A stretch of 63,275 nt of DNA, counting the filler, from Basidiobolus ranarum (lineage: Eukaryota), in NCBI GenBank assembly GCA_040143965.1. It is 55 parts of 55 records of this genome, joined end to end, with 100 filler letters (N's around TTAATTAATTAA, not from the genome) between each part and the next. Parts side by side here need not be neighbours in the genome. Positions count along the whole stretch, not along the records: positions 48,451 to 49,499 come from JASJQH010006679.1; positions 49,600 to 50,648 come from JASJQH010006680.1; positions 50,749 to 51,797 come from JASJQH010006681.1; positions 51,898 to 52,946 come from JASJQH010006682.1; positions 53,047 to 54,095 come from JASJQH010006683.1; positions 54,196 to 55,243 come from JASJQH010006684.1; positions 55,344 to 56,391 come from JASJQH010006685.1; positions 56,492 to 57,539 come from JASJQH010006686.1; 47 more parts are not named here. One strand, given 5' to 3'. Numbering within the stretch: position 1 is the first letter of the stretch; every line of letters begins with the position of its first letter. The notes below the pieces were generated by a model. The model was not told the origin of the DNA, ran no database searches, and saw only the letters and a program-made list of their open reading frames with translations. Made by a program: the position numbers and the translations under genes. Below, piece by piece: positions 49,405-61,677 of this stretch.

Positions 49405-50748
49405 TGTCATGATTCTGATCTTGGCATACTGATCCACTGCATATGGAACTCTTCTATTATTAGATTATGAAATCATATCTACTGCGCCATCCTTTCTTGN
49501 NNNNNNNNNNNNNNNNNNNNNNNNNNNNNNNNNNNNNNNNNNNTTAATTAATTAANNNNNNNNNNNNNNNNNNNNNNNNNNNNNNNNNNNNNNNNNNNNG
49601 TAAGGATGAAAAGAGGGGGTCTGGGGGATGCAGTCCTCCCAGTATAAAAAGAAAGCAGGGGGTTTGGGGGATGCCCTCCCCCATGTACACCCTTCTCACA
49701 ATGTACTTAAGTTACTAGTATATGGGAAGGATTAGGCTTGCCCAAATTTTCCAAAGGTCAGATCTCTGACCTTTGACATCCCTGAGGAAGAGACACTGTT
49801 TCCAACATTATAAGACAGCCTATTTTAGCTTTCATAATTTTATGAATTTAGAAAAATTTCTCAGATATTGAATATTTTTTAATTTTTGTAAATTTGAAGT
49901 CTCTGGGAAATCAAAGTGCAGATGTTTTCTTTCAGACTCTGAGAGTTTTAAGTATTGTAATTTTACCATAAGTAAACTGGCTACTTTTTAGCCTAATAAT
50001 TCATAAATTACTTATTGAGAATATCCTTTATATCCTATTGAGAGTAATGAGGAAACTTGATTAACATCATGAATTAGTAATATTTGTAAGAACTTTGCGA
50101 GGTTTACAAAATTAAATAAAGAAGAAAGTGAATATTGGAGATATCATAATTATGTTACAACTGTAGAAATATTTAGAGTGTTGATAAAAGCTTTCTGCTC
50201 ATGTTTTACATATATTGACATATCACTAGCACTAAGCTCCATACATGTTTATTTATATACAAAACAACAAAATAGTCATTAAAATAAACTTTTGGGCTAT
50301 GCAACCTATGCAGCACAAAGGTGCTACAAATTTAAAAAGTTGTATAAAATGCAATGTATTTCTAACTAAGGTATTCCAAATAATATAAATAAAAGCAATG
50401 TGCACTACAGAAACCTCTATAATTTCAAAAACACACTAACTTTCAAGCTGTATAGTACTGGAAACATGCCTTTATGCATTGCCCCTGATTTTATAAGGGC
50501 TATGTTGGTGGTAGACTGTCAACATGCACTACAAATGTGAGCCTCTTTCTAAAAACTTGTTTACTTCCATAGTGTGTATAACTGTTACCATGTCATTATA
50601 TTGTATCTCTGACTTTACAGGAGTCACAAAGACTGCTCATCCCTCAACNNNNNNNNNNNNNNNNNNNNNNNNNNNNNNNNNNNNNNNNNNNNTTAATTAA
50701 TTAANNNNNNNNNNNNNNNNNNNNNNNNNNNNNNNNNNNNNNNNNNNN

Positions 50749-51797
50749 GTCATCCAAGCTCACATCTCCAAAGATGACCGATGCGGTATAATCAAGGGAA
50801 AGAAGATCATTTGCCCAAGTGGTGAATGCTGCTCTACCTATGGATGGTATGTAGATATTCAGCTTTCACACCATGAAACCCTTTATCCGAATAGCAACGT
50901 GCTTACAATGCTTTATTTATTTTCAGGTGCGGAACTAGCAAAGACCACTGCGTGGCCAATTGCCAATTCCAATGCAAGACTCCAAAGCCAACCATCACTT
51001 CTAAGCCAAGTGCTACCACCACTGTTGCTCCCAAGCCTACCCAAACTGTCACTTCTATTGATGGCTCATGTGGTTTGAAGAACAATGTGTTGGTTCAGTG
51101 CTTACCAGGCAACTGCTGCTCACAATATGGCTACTGTGGTAGCACTGAGGAATACTGCAAAGGCACTACTCCTCAACCCCAGCCTAGTGTAACTCCCGGC
51201 AAGCCCGGTAATGTTCTTCCTGGCCAAGTTATCGAGACCTGTAGCAAGGCCGGTACCTTTGCTGTCACCTTTGATGACGGACCAAGCAAATACACTGGCA
51301 AGTTACTTGATGATTTGAAGGCCAGAAATGTCAAGGTGACATTCTTCGTTGTTGGTGAAAGTAAGTGTTCTAAAGGCCATTATTATTTATTGCAGATAAT
51401 TGCTGTCCACACAACATCTTTTGCTAATTATTCATTCTCTTCTAGCCCTTCTCGAAGAACAGAACCGCAAGTTCCTCAAACGTGCCTATGATGAAGGTCA
51501 CCACATTGCTTCCCACACCTACACTCATATCAGTCTTGCCAAGTCTTCTGAAAGCGTCATCCGCTCTGAAATGACCAAGACCTCTGATGCCATCTTCAAG
51601 ATTATCGGCAAACGTCCTCAATACATGCGTCCTCCTTACGGTGAGTACAATGCCAAGTCACTTGCTATCATGAAGGATATGGGTTTCAAGGTCATCTACT
51701 GGAATGTTGATACTCTTGACTGGGAACACAAGAACCCAGCCAAGTCCCTCAAGGTGTACAAGGATGTCCTTGCCAAGGCTAGCCTCAAGAATGACCG
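50749..51797 (+). CDS. Chitin/polysaccharide deacetylase (CE4/NodB) with two CBM18 chitin-binding modules, partial; introns 50847-50926 and 51361-51445
   Basis: CCSTYGWCG and CCSQYGYCG modules; TFDDGP, HTYTH, RPPYG, DTLDW. GT-AG introns restore the frame; branch site GCTAAT. Confidence 0.93.
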
Positions 51798-51897
51798 NNN
51801 NNNNNNNNNNNNNNNNNNNNNNNNNNNNNNNNNNNNNNNNNTTAATTAATTAANNNNNNNNNNNNNNNNNNNNNNNNNNNNNNNNNNNNNNNNNNNN

Positions 51898-52946
51898 GCA
51901 CATGAAAGTAGGAATCTCATAGGAAAACCAGCAAACCCAAAGACCTTGAATGTCAGAGCTGCCATCACTTGCTCTGCTGATGAGTGGTTTAACATTTTGG
52001 AGACTGTGTGGATTCTTGCCCAAATTCACCTGGATTTGAGTCAATTGTGGAAAGACCAAAAACCAGGCGTTACTCTGAAGGTTCTTCACTTATTTCATGT
52101 GGCTTATCCTGGGTTTTGCCAGCAAATGACAATTGGGCCAGTATAGGCCTATCCATGAAATGTCTCAAAAATGTACGCAAATATTGACTTGGAAAAGAAA
52201 GAAAAGCAGCTAAAGAAGTACTGCAGGAGCAGGAAGTTAGTAAACCCAAGGGAAAAGCAAAGGAACCAGTGAGTTTAGGCTCTACTGTCCCACTTACCAA
52301 ATTCTTCACACCATTACAAAGATCTACAACTCCAGAGTCAGATATACTGGCAAAAGTACTTAATTTCACCATGGAACTGGGTACACCAGTTGGAAGAGTG
52401 CTAAATTTGGAAGTTTATCCAACATCTGGCACCTCTCAACAAGCCAAAACACCAGCAAGTAAAACTCACCACTCTCCAACCTCAACTTGTGCTTTTCAAA
52501 GTGTTGCAATTAGTCCCAAAGGGAAAGGCAAGCAAAAAGCCCCATAAACACCACAAAGTACCCTCAGTAGTGTCACACTACAAGGATGTACAAAAATAGT
52601 CAAAGTGCTTGAGGAGTATTTTCAAAAGTATGAAGGGAAAAACACAGTGCAAGTATGCAGAAAGTAGCTTCAGAAGAAGAACATTCAACTTGACATTCAG
52701 TCTGGTGTTGACTGTGCAGATATCTGGGACAAAGTTAATACATAGTGACAGACTATTGCAGGGTATCCGCCAGATAGCTGGAAAAATGTTGATTCAGCAA
52801 CGTTGATTCAATCGTGGGCTTTGATGCAGATATTGACAAAAACTTGTGTTGGGGATGAGCTAAACCTTGTGTATGAAGAACTCTACAAAAATATTCAGGA
52901 GAATATATCAAAGTGACTAGGGATTTTGAAGGTGACAAATTAGTGT
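51898..52946 (+). mobile_element. CMC ORF2 C-terminal two-thirds (decayed)
   Basis: Homologous to 19658-20551; continues into 54196-54631, which ends at the TIR. Confidence 0.75.
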
Positions 52947-53253
52947 NNNNNNNNNNNNNNNNNNNNNNNNNNNNNNNNNNNNNNNNNNNNTTAATTAATT
53001 AANNNNNNNNNNNNNNNNNNNNNNNNNNNNNNNNNNNNNNNNNNNNGATCTTCAGTCCTCAATAACATGTCCCCAATCTGCATCACTAAACCCAATTAGA
53101 TCCTTATTCTTATAAGAATATGTATATCTTAATCCCAGACCAATTGTCCCCTTCAAATATCTGAAAATCCACTCAAGTACTGCATAATGTTCAGATCCTG
53201 GGTTTTGCACATGTTGGCTAACTACTCTCACTGCAAAAGAGATATCTGGCCAG

Positions 53254-54095
53254 TGTAGTGGGGTAGCATTGCCACCCACTGGCAGGTTGACTTATTTCCA
53301 CTCGGAGCTCATATCATTGCTATTACACAATTGCTATTTTATTATCCTTATTTGACTTACCCATATTTTCCAGCCAATCATATTGCACCATTAGTATTAT
53401 CCCCAGTTATTTCAGATTTAACAGTATTAACCCATGTTAGTGCTACTATTTTCTGGAAAATTCAACACTCTTCCGGAACATTCCATGAGATTCTTGGAAT
53501 ATTTGATGATAGTTTGAGTTTTGACTAATCAAAATTGATTTTGCTGGAACATTCCATGACTTTCTGGCTTATTCTACAACCTTCTCAAACATTCCATGGA
53601 TTACTAATCTTATGATTTATGATGATATCATAACTCCAGATCCCCACCAATAGAATTCTCCGGAACTTTCCAAAAATTCTCATTAGTAATCATTTCTACC
53701 ATCAGAAAAGTATAAATAGGAGCAATATCTTTTCAAATAAAAATCATCCTGGTTTTCAACTAACAATTACTACTTGTGATCATCCCTTATGTTCATCACT
53801 GCTTACAAGGCCTTTGAAGAGGAAGCTCAAGAGAGACTACTAGAGGCAGTTGCAGGCTACTGTTTACTAGAAAGGACTTGACCACCTCAAAGGAAATACT
53901 CACAGGTTGGTGTTATATTTCTGATACTTTATATTTTTTCCCTAGCTTTGTCTGCATAGGCAAGGAACTTTTCATATCATTGTATAAATCACTACTAGTA
54001 CCTCCTCATTCAAGACCCTGCTGGCTGAGTTTACAGTTGTTTTTGATTGGATATACCCTTTTTATCTGATCATTCTCAAAGGACACTGAAGTCAG
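53254..54095 (+). mobile_element. Long LTR-like repeat family E (>840 bp) inserted in a copia RT/RNase H remnant (53047-53253)
   Basis: Starts TGTAGTGGGG; TATAAATAG at 53711; rc copy at 59935-60788 has the same terminus. Confidence 0.75.
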
Positions 54096-54195
54096 NNNNN
54101 NNNNNNNNNNNNNNNNNNNNNNNNNNNNNNNNNNNNNNNTTAATTAATTAANNNNNNNNNNNNNNNNNNNNNNNNNNNNNNNNNNNNNNNNNNNN

Positions 54196-54631
54196 GCAGG
54201 GTATCCACCAGATAGCTGGAAGAATGTTGATTCAGCAATGTTAATACAATGGTGGGCTTTGATGGAGATATTGACACAAACTTGTGTTGGGTATGAGCTA
54301 AACCTTTGGTATGAAGAACTCTATAAAAATATTCACAAGAATATACAAAGAGACTAGGGATTTCGAAGGTGACAAATTAGCATTCAAGTGGTAATTGTGT
54401 AAAATTTGAGTTACGTTTGTTGCACATTTGTTGATCCATAGTTCTCTGAGATTTTAGCCAATCATTTGCAACTATTTTGTGAGATCTTGTAATTTCACTC
54501 CTGAAACTGAAAAAATTGATTAAAAGCAAATCTAACTTGACAATTTTATGATGGTAAGTAAACGGTCAATCTAAAAGGATTAAAATTGTGACGGTTTTCC
54601 TACGATAACAATCCTCAAATTTCTGTTAGGG
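54196..54631 (-). mobile_element. CMC ORF2 end, subterminal region and TIR
   Basis: Ends TTTCTGTTAGGG at 54631. Confidence 0.8.
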
Positions 54632-55243
54632 GCCAGCAAGGAAAACCCAATGCCTTATCATGTAGAGCAGAATATCAGCCTAAAGAAGGGGATCAGGCCT
54701 TTGGCCAACAAAATACTTCCTTAGTGAAGCCCCACCAACTTCCGATTAGTGCAACTGCCATTTCTCTGCCTAGTTCAAGCACATTCCATGAAGACATCAG
54801 CAAACTTCAATCTGAAGACCCATTTGTAATATCAATCAAGAAAACCCAGGAAACACCCAAAGACCTTTCAAGCTTGAACTTGTACTGCCATTTCTCTATC
54901 ATCACTGATCTCTTGTTTTATAAGAGCACCTTTACATACCAGACCACACTTCCAGTCTCAAAATCATGCAGGAAAGACATGACTCACCACTAGCAGGACA
55001 CTTTAATTTTGCCAAATCATTTATGTTGGCATCCAGGGATTATTGGTGGCCCAAAATGTTTGCATTTGTTAAGACTTATGTTTCCACCTGCGATACTTGT
55101 GCTTGAGTGAAGACTCCAAGACATGAGCCCTATGGCCTCCTACAGCCACTTCTAATTCCTGATCAGCAGTGGAAATTCATATCCCTGGATATCTTAACTG
55201 ATTTACCCATGTCTGCCAAATATGCTTCAATTCTGGTAATTAA
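54632..55243 (+). mobile_element. Gypsy RNase H end and integrase zinc-binding domain (decayed)
   Basis: HDSPLAGHF, YWWPKM, CDTCA*, PYGLLQPL, WKFISLD. Confidence 0.88.
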
Positions 55244-55343
55244 NNNNNNNNNNNNNNNNNNNNNNNNNNNNNNNNNNNNNNNNNNNNTTAATTAATTAAN
55301 NNNNNNNNNNNNNNNNNNNNNNNNNNNNNNNNNNNNNNNNNNN

Positions 55344-56391
55344 TGTTCTAAATTGGATCCAAAAATTAAGAAATGCATATTGCTGGGTTATTGTACTCAA
55401 ACTAAGGCCTACAGACTCTATGATACCAAGATCTTCAAGTTAATCAAGTCCAGGGATTTATGCTTAATGAAAATGAATTAATGTCTCTTGCAATGCCCTC
55501 AGATGATGGCCAAAATCAATTTTCTCCTGATCTAACCATTGAAAACAATTTAAACAAAAGCAATAACAAAAATAGCATTCCTGTGGATCCTCCAACCAAA
55601 TTTTGCCTATTGAAGTGCCCAGTACAATGCCAGATGTTGTGGTACCTTTATCCCAAACTATGAGACCAAATTGGATCAGAAATAACCCTAATTACTATAT
55701 TAATGCATCCTAATATTGGTCCTATGCCTGCACAGCTCAAATAAATGAGCCCTAGACTGTCAACAAGGCCCTGAATGGCCCTCACACATAATGTTGGAGA
55801 TCTGCAGTGGCTGATAAGTACCAGGTTTTGATTGATAATCAAACAGTATTTTAACCAACTTACCTGATGATGGAAGATGAATTGGCAGCCAATGAGTTTT
55901 TAAAGTTAAATATAACTCTGATTGCAATATAGAAAGGTACAAGGCTAGACTAGTAGCCAAAGTCCATACTCAAACACCAGGAATATATCCTATGAAACTT
56001 TTGCTCCTGTAGCAAAGTTTAACTTAATTAGATTGATTTTAGCAATTTCAGCAAAATAGCTGTTTGTTATATATCAAATGGATGTTAAACTACTTTTTTG
56101 AATGTTGAGCTTGCTGAGAAGATCTATATGGACCAGCCAGATGGATATCTGGGCCCAGAAAGCCATAAAAAGTTTCAGACTCTGGAAAACACTATTAGGC
56201 TTAAAACAATCTCCAACATCTTGCATTAGTAAGATATACACCTTCTTCGATACACTCAAATTCCAAAATAGTAATGCTGACTATAGTGTCAACTTCAGGC
56301 CAGATAAGACAAACTAAGTTTTATTAGCCTGATATGTAGAAGACCTTATTATAGCAACTAAGGACTTGGTGACTGTGGAGAAAACTAAATC
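55344..56391 (+). mobile_element. Decayed copia integrase-RT
   Basis: KCILLGY, YKARLVAK, ETFAPVAK, GLKQSP. Confidence 0.88.
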
Positions 56392-56491
56392 NNNNNNNNN
56401 NNNNNNNNNNNNNNNNNNNNNNNNNNNNNNNNNNNTTAATTAATTAANNNNNNNNNNNNNNNNNNNNNNNNNNNNNNNNNNNNNNNNNNNN

Positions 56492-57539
56492 TTATGACTC
56501 TTATACCATTCAGAAGGAGGAAGATTAAAGTTGATTAAAATTTTTGGCCAGCAAGCCTTTCCAATGGTATATTTGTTTGGCAAGAAACCATCCAGAGCCA
56601 ATGCAAATGCATGATCATACATGTTGTCAAAGAAACCTTGACTTTTCAGATTCTGGTAGTGATACCCATCAATTATATTGGTAATACCATCAGCTTTGTG
56701 GTGAGTACTTTTGTATTGGACCAATAATCTATTTTTGGGTGATTACATCAAAACTTTATGATGGGGAATCAATGGTATGTAAGTCAAGTATGAACCATAT
56801 TTTCCTAATTCAGTGATTGCCAATTGTGTGCAAACTGTACATGACTTCAGCTTTTTCAGATCACTAATGAAAGCCAAACAACCATTTCGCCATGAAGGTA
56901 GTTAAATTACTGAAGGATTCTAGGTCATACAATTGACAAGTGTTTTCCACTTGTACCAGGTCTGTGACAAACAACAGTTGCCAATTAAATGTGGTAAAAG
57001 TGTAAGAAAACCAATAAACACCTGGTTGCTAAGATTGGATTGAACTCTCCACTCCTCAATGATCAAATCTGCTTCCTCTACTGTAAGTGTTACAAGTGGA
57101 CTAATGCTTGCCAATAACAAGGAGTCTGTAACAAAACTATCATTTTCTTCTTCAACTTCTAATATACTACCATCAGTACTGGAATAACTAAGGTCAACAT
57201 CTAGTGGCATATCCTTAAAGTTGTCTGGAATTACTGGTTCAACCAAAGTTGCATTTCTATCTACATCATTCTGGTCGTATAACAGTGATAACTCCATCGT
57301 ATCTTGACTTTTGGCAGTGTTACTAAGACTTTGAGGCAAAGTACAGTCAGGGGATTCAGTGGGCAAAATTAAAGTCAATTTTTTGCACTTATTACTGTTG
57401 ATATTCACCAGGCTTTGTGCAGCTGGTGGCATTGCACAGTGACCATGCTTGTGATTATTTTTTCTATGAAGCCTCTGGTTATCATAGCATAAGAATTTGT
57501 GACAATAATAGCAGGGCCTCTTTAAACATTTGTGTTGCA
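56492..57539 (-). mobile_element. CACTA/EnSpm-like transposase 5' half (decayed)
   Basis: Same motifs as 45002-46051. Confidence 0.85.
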
Positions 57540-57639
57540 NNNNNNNNNNNNNNNNNNNNNNNNNNNNNNNNNNNNNNNNNNNNTTAATTAATTAANNNNN
57601 NNNNNNNNNNNNNNNNNNNNNNNNNNNNNNNNNNNNNNN

Positions 57640-58686
57640 GCATTCCCGGTTCTTTGGCTTGATGATCTTTGGTGACCGTGGCTCTTGATATCCTGTCAAG
57701 CAGTAAATCAAGCCATAAGGATCACTCCATCCATCTGTATTATACACAATCTCCTGTCGTTTGGCGGTGACGAAGTATTTCCGCTCCCCAGATACTTTGG
57801 ACTTGAATTTATGAACAGATGCTGGGTAACCCTTAGCCGTTCTAGTCGAGGTTGGTGTATGGGCAAATCTATATCTGGCGACATCTCTCAAAAATGTAGA
57901 GTGATAGAAGGAAGAAGTTCTACTTTGAGAGCCTGGGATTCTGGGTAAATGCTTTTGAGTAGTATCGTAAACTCGTGTAATACCCCAACCACCCAACCAT
58001 AAATCATCAACGCCACCAAGTTTGTACAGATGATCACCAGCACTGTAATCAGCCTGAACTCGGAAAGTGAAGCCTTCAGAAATACCAATAGTCTGCTGAC
58101 TAGTGACATTAACATTCGCAAGATCTCGGAATTTTTGCCAACGCATCCCGTGCATTTCAAAGCTGTGTGGCTTATCATGGGCACCTTGGACCAGACGTAC
58201 GATAATATTGTCTCCACGATAGGCTTCGAATAAGGGTGTTGATGGATCTCCATACTTATTCCTGCTACTAAACCATTGTGAAGGATCTAACCCTTTCCTT
58301 TCAATCAATGGCTCATTTCTATAATTCATTACGACAATACCTTGATCCAAGCGTTGGTTTTGAGCAGCTGGAGGGTTAATTGCGGTACCGTTAGCATAGA
58401 ATGCTGGAGTAAAATCACCGATGAAAATGACTTGTTCTCTGAACGATTCCTCGGGGCCAATAACCACCGCGCTAGAATTATGGCGTTGTTCTTGGTTTAA
58501 ATTCAGCGGGTTCAAAAACTTGGCACCAGCAGGCGCCACAGGTGCTATCCCATACAAACCTTTCTTTTGGCGATAATTAGCAAATAGATGGTCATGGAAG
58601 AAGACATGGCCCAGAGCATCATCAATCCACCAACGATTAATCAGATACTTTCCAAATCTTGCACCACTGATGTAATTCCAACCAAC
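57640..58686 (-). CDS. Multicopper oxidase, MnxG-like bacterial-type, internal fragment open across the contig
   Basis: VGWNY, FFHDHLFAN, GDPSTPLFEAY.GD..VRLVQGAH..PHSFEMHG.RW, QQTIGISEGFTF, GDHLY, LWLGGWG, IVYN..G..DPYG; no stops or introns. Confidence 0.75.
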
Positions 58687-59934
58687 GNNNNNNNNNNNNN
58701 NNNNNNNNNNNNNNNNNNNNNNNNNNNNNNNTTAATTAATTAANNNNNNNNNNNNNNNNNNNNNNNNNNNNNNNNNNNNNNNNNNNNAGTTCTCAAAATT
58801 CCTACAAAATCCTCAAACCATAGGATTTCAACTAGACGGGCAGTAGAGTAATGATATTAGGGTGGGCTCCACCATAGTTATCTGCTTGTAATTTGTGATT
58901 CAATATTTGGCAGCGACTACTCAGAATTTTGTGGTACAATGCATTAGTTGTAAAATTCCAAGATCAAATTATTGGAGAAACTCAATGTACTGCAATTTCC
59001 ACTTAGAAAATGCCTTGCTTGCAGTGTTTGTTCTCAAAAGTTGGTAACTGTTCACAGATGATTACCAAATCTAAATATATCATTTAAATTCCAAATAGAG
59101 TTGTCATTGAATCGAAAAGGGAGATAACGCATGCACTTTTTTACTAGATAGTATATCTTGCATGCCGTAACTCTTGAATGCAAAAATATAGGATTAAACA
59201 TTCAGCCTGATCTAGTACATGCAAGTCATATAATCAAAAAATGTTATTGATTGATTGATTGAGTATTGTAAAATTTAGATGCCCTCTGGAATATAGATTG
59301 TCATGCCTTCTTTAATCACAAATTCAACCTAGACTATATATATGCAAGTAACATGCGATGCACTTATGTACCAGAACAGGACATCATTACAAATACTGAT
59401 GTTTACCATCATAATACTCATTTTTATTCATGAAGCCTACGCAAACAACTGATAGTCCAAATACAATGCGTTTAATTAACTTAGTATGGAATATTTTTGG
59501 GAAAGCATTACTTTTTTTCCTACCACTTATACCAGGCTGCTCTTTCGGCGAGTATGCATAATCGTAGCGATTTGATTGGTCAATATCGATTTAGGGTTAT
59601 GGTCTCTCCAGTAAGGTGCAACTTTTCTACTGCTTATAGTAAGACACTTTTCCGTTAAGAGTTCAAAATTGGAGCATTTGATTGGTGAAAGTGGGCTACA
59701 GCTAAAGCCATTTAGGGGGATGATAAACACCAGAAGGTGTAATATTTATTTATCAATTTAAACAAAGTCAATAAATAAATAAGCCAAGTTAGAATATAAT
59801 ATTCAAAGATAAAGTCAAGAAGTTGACAAAGCTGNNNNNNNNNNNNNNNNNNNNNNNNNNNNNNNNNNNNNNNNNNNNTTAATTAATTAANNNNNNNNNN
59901 NNNNNNNNNNNNNNNNNNNNNNNNNNNNNNNNNN

Positions 59935-60788
59935 AAAAGAATATAGTGGCTTCAGCGTCCTTTGAGAATGATCAGATACAAAGGGTATATCCAATCAAAA
60001 ACAACTGTAAACTCAGCCAGCAGGGTCTTGAACAAGGATGCACTATTAGTGATTTTTCCAAGGATCTGAAAAAGTTCCTTGCCTATGCAGACAAAGCTAG
60101 GGAAAAAATATAAAGTATCAGAAATATAACACCTACCTGTCAGTAATTCCTTTGAGCTGGTCAAGTCCTTTCAAGTCACACAGTAGGCTGTAACTGCCTC
60201 TAGTAGTTTCTCTTGAGCTTCCTCTTCAAAGGTCTTGTAAGCGGTGGTGAAAATAAGGGGTGATACAAGTAGTAATTGTTAGTTGAAAACCAGGATGATT
60301 TTTGTTTGAAAAGATATGGCTCCTATTTATATTTTCTGAAGGTAGATATGATTACTAATGATAATTTCCGGAAAGTTCCAGAGAATTCTATTAGTGGGGA
60401 TCAGTGGTTATGGTATCATCATAAATCACAAGATTAGTAATCCATGGAATGTTCCGGAAGGTTGTAGAATAATCCAGAAAGTCATGGAATGTTTTGGCAA
60501 AATCAAGTTTTGATTGGTCAAAACTTAATCAATCATCAAATATTCCAATAATCGTGTGGAATGTTCTGGAAGATTGTAGAGTTTTCTAGAAAATAATAGG
60601 GCTAATGTAGGTTAATACTGATAAATCTGAAGTAATAGGGGATAATACTGATAGTGTGATATGATTGGCTAGAAAATATGGGTAAGTCAATGAAGGATAA
60701 TGAAATAAAAATTGTGCAATAGTAATGATATGAGCTCGGAGTGGAAATAAGTCAACCTGCCAGTGGGTAGCAATGCTACCCCACTACA
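59935..60788 (-). mobile_element. LTR-like family E, copy 2, inserted in CMC ORF2 (60789-60981)
   Basis: rc of 53254-54095. Confidence 0.75.
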
Positions 60789-61339
60789 CCATCAAGACCA
60801 TCAACTTCCTAAATGCCTACTTTGTCCACTATTGAACAACCCTCTGTAGAAAATTTGGATAGAATTAATACAATAAGGGAATTGCAGGCAGAATACCATA
60901 ATGATTTGTATGCAATCATAAGTAAAAACTATGAAGTTGCTATACAGGCCAAGACAAGCAATAATGCCACAATATCACAAANNNNNNNNNNNNNNNNNNN
61001 NNNNNNNNNNNNNNNNNNNNNNNNNTTAATTAATTAANNNNNNNNNNNNNNNNNNNNNNNNNNNNNNNNNNNNNNNNNNNNACTAGCAATATCTATATAA
61101 GCTCCATGTATTCCTTAATCAGACCTCAGTCTGATCAATACCAGTTATCAACAAAGATTCTTGCCAAAGTATCTTCCCTGTCCAATCTTATCTTGTGGTC
61201 TACACCCAAGTACTCTCCTGCCTTCTAGCCTCTTGTCATTGTTTCCAGTCCTTGTTCAATTCCTTATTGTGACAGAAACTTTTGCTCCTGTAGTAAAGTT
61301 TGATTCAATTAGCTTGATTTTAGAAATTTCAGCTAAATA

Positions 61340-61677
61340 TATTAAAGTATTTGATAGCCTGTTGGAAGTAGTTTGGAGAATTAGAGAAACTGGTGGTTTC
61401 ACTTATTGATTTATTAAGTATTCAGTTAATATTTATAGTTTTGTCAAGATGTGAACAAACTAACATGTAGAATGTGTTAAGGAAGGTCCCAGAAACATGT
61501 GTGCAAAGTTTGGGTCTTCATTGAAAAATCTATATATCTGAGAACTTCTAAGTTGGTGTCACTATTCTAAGTAAATTTCAATTGAGAATAATGGATAATA
61601 TCCTAGTGAAATATAAGATGCCTAATTACTAAGCTATATATGACTATATAGGTGCTTATACATTGCTAATTTCAACA
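61340..61677 (-). mobile_element. Solo LTR-B with 5-bp TSD (AAATA) inside a copia RT remnant (61275-62128)
   Basis: AAATA at 61335-61339 and 61678-61682; removing the insert restores ISAKYQFTIHQMDV. Confidence 0.9.

Noticed and set aside
47302-58687. Apparent gene cluster (ERG4, deacetylase, multicopper oxidase)
   Set aside because: The genes lie on separate contigs that are adjacent only because of length sorting.
58788-59834. Short ORF 59527-59730 and surrounding sequence
   Set aside because: No recognisable motifs; looks like ordinary intergenic DNA.
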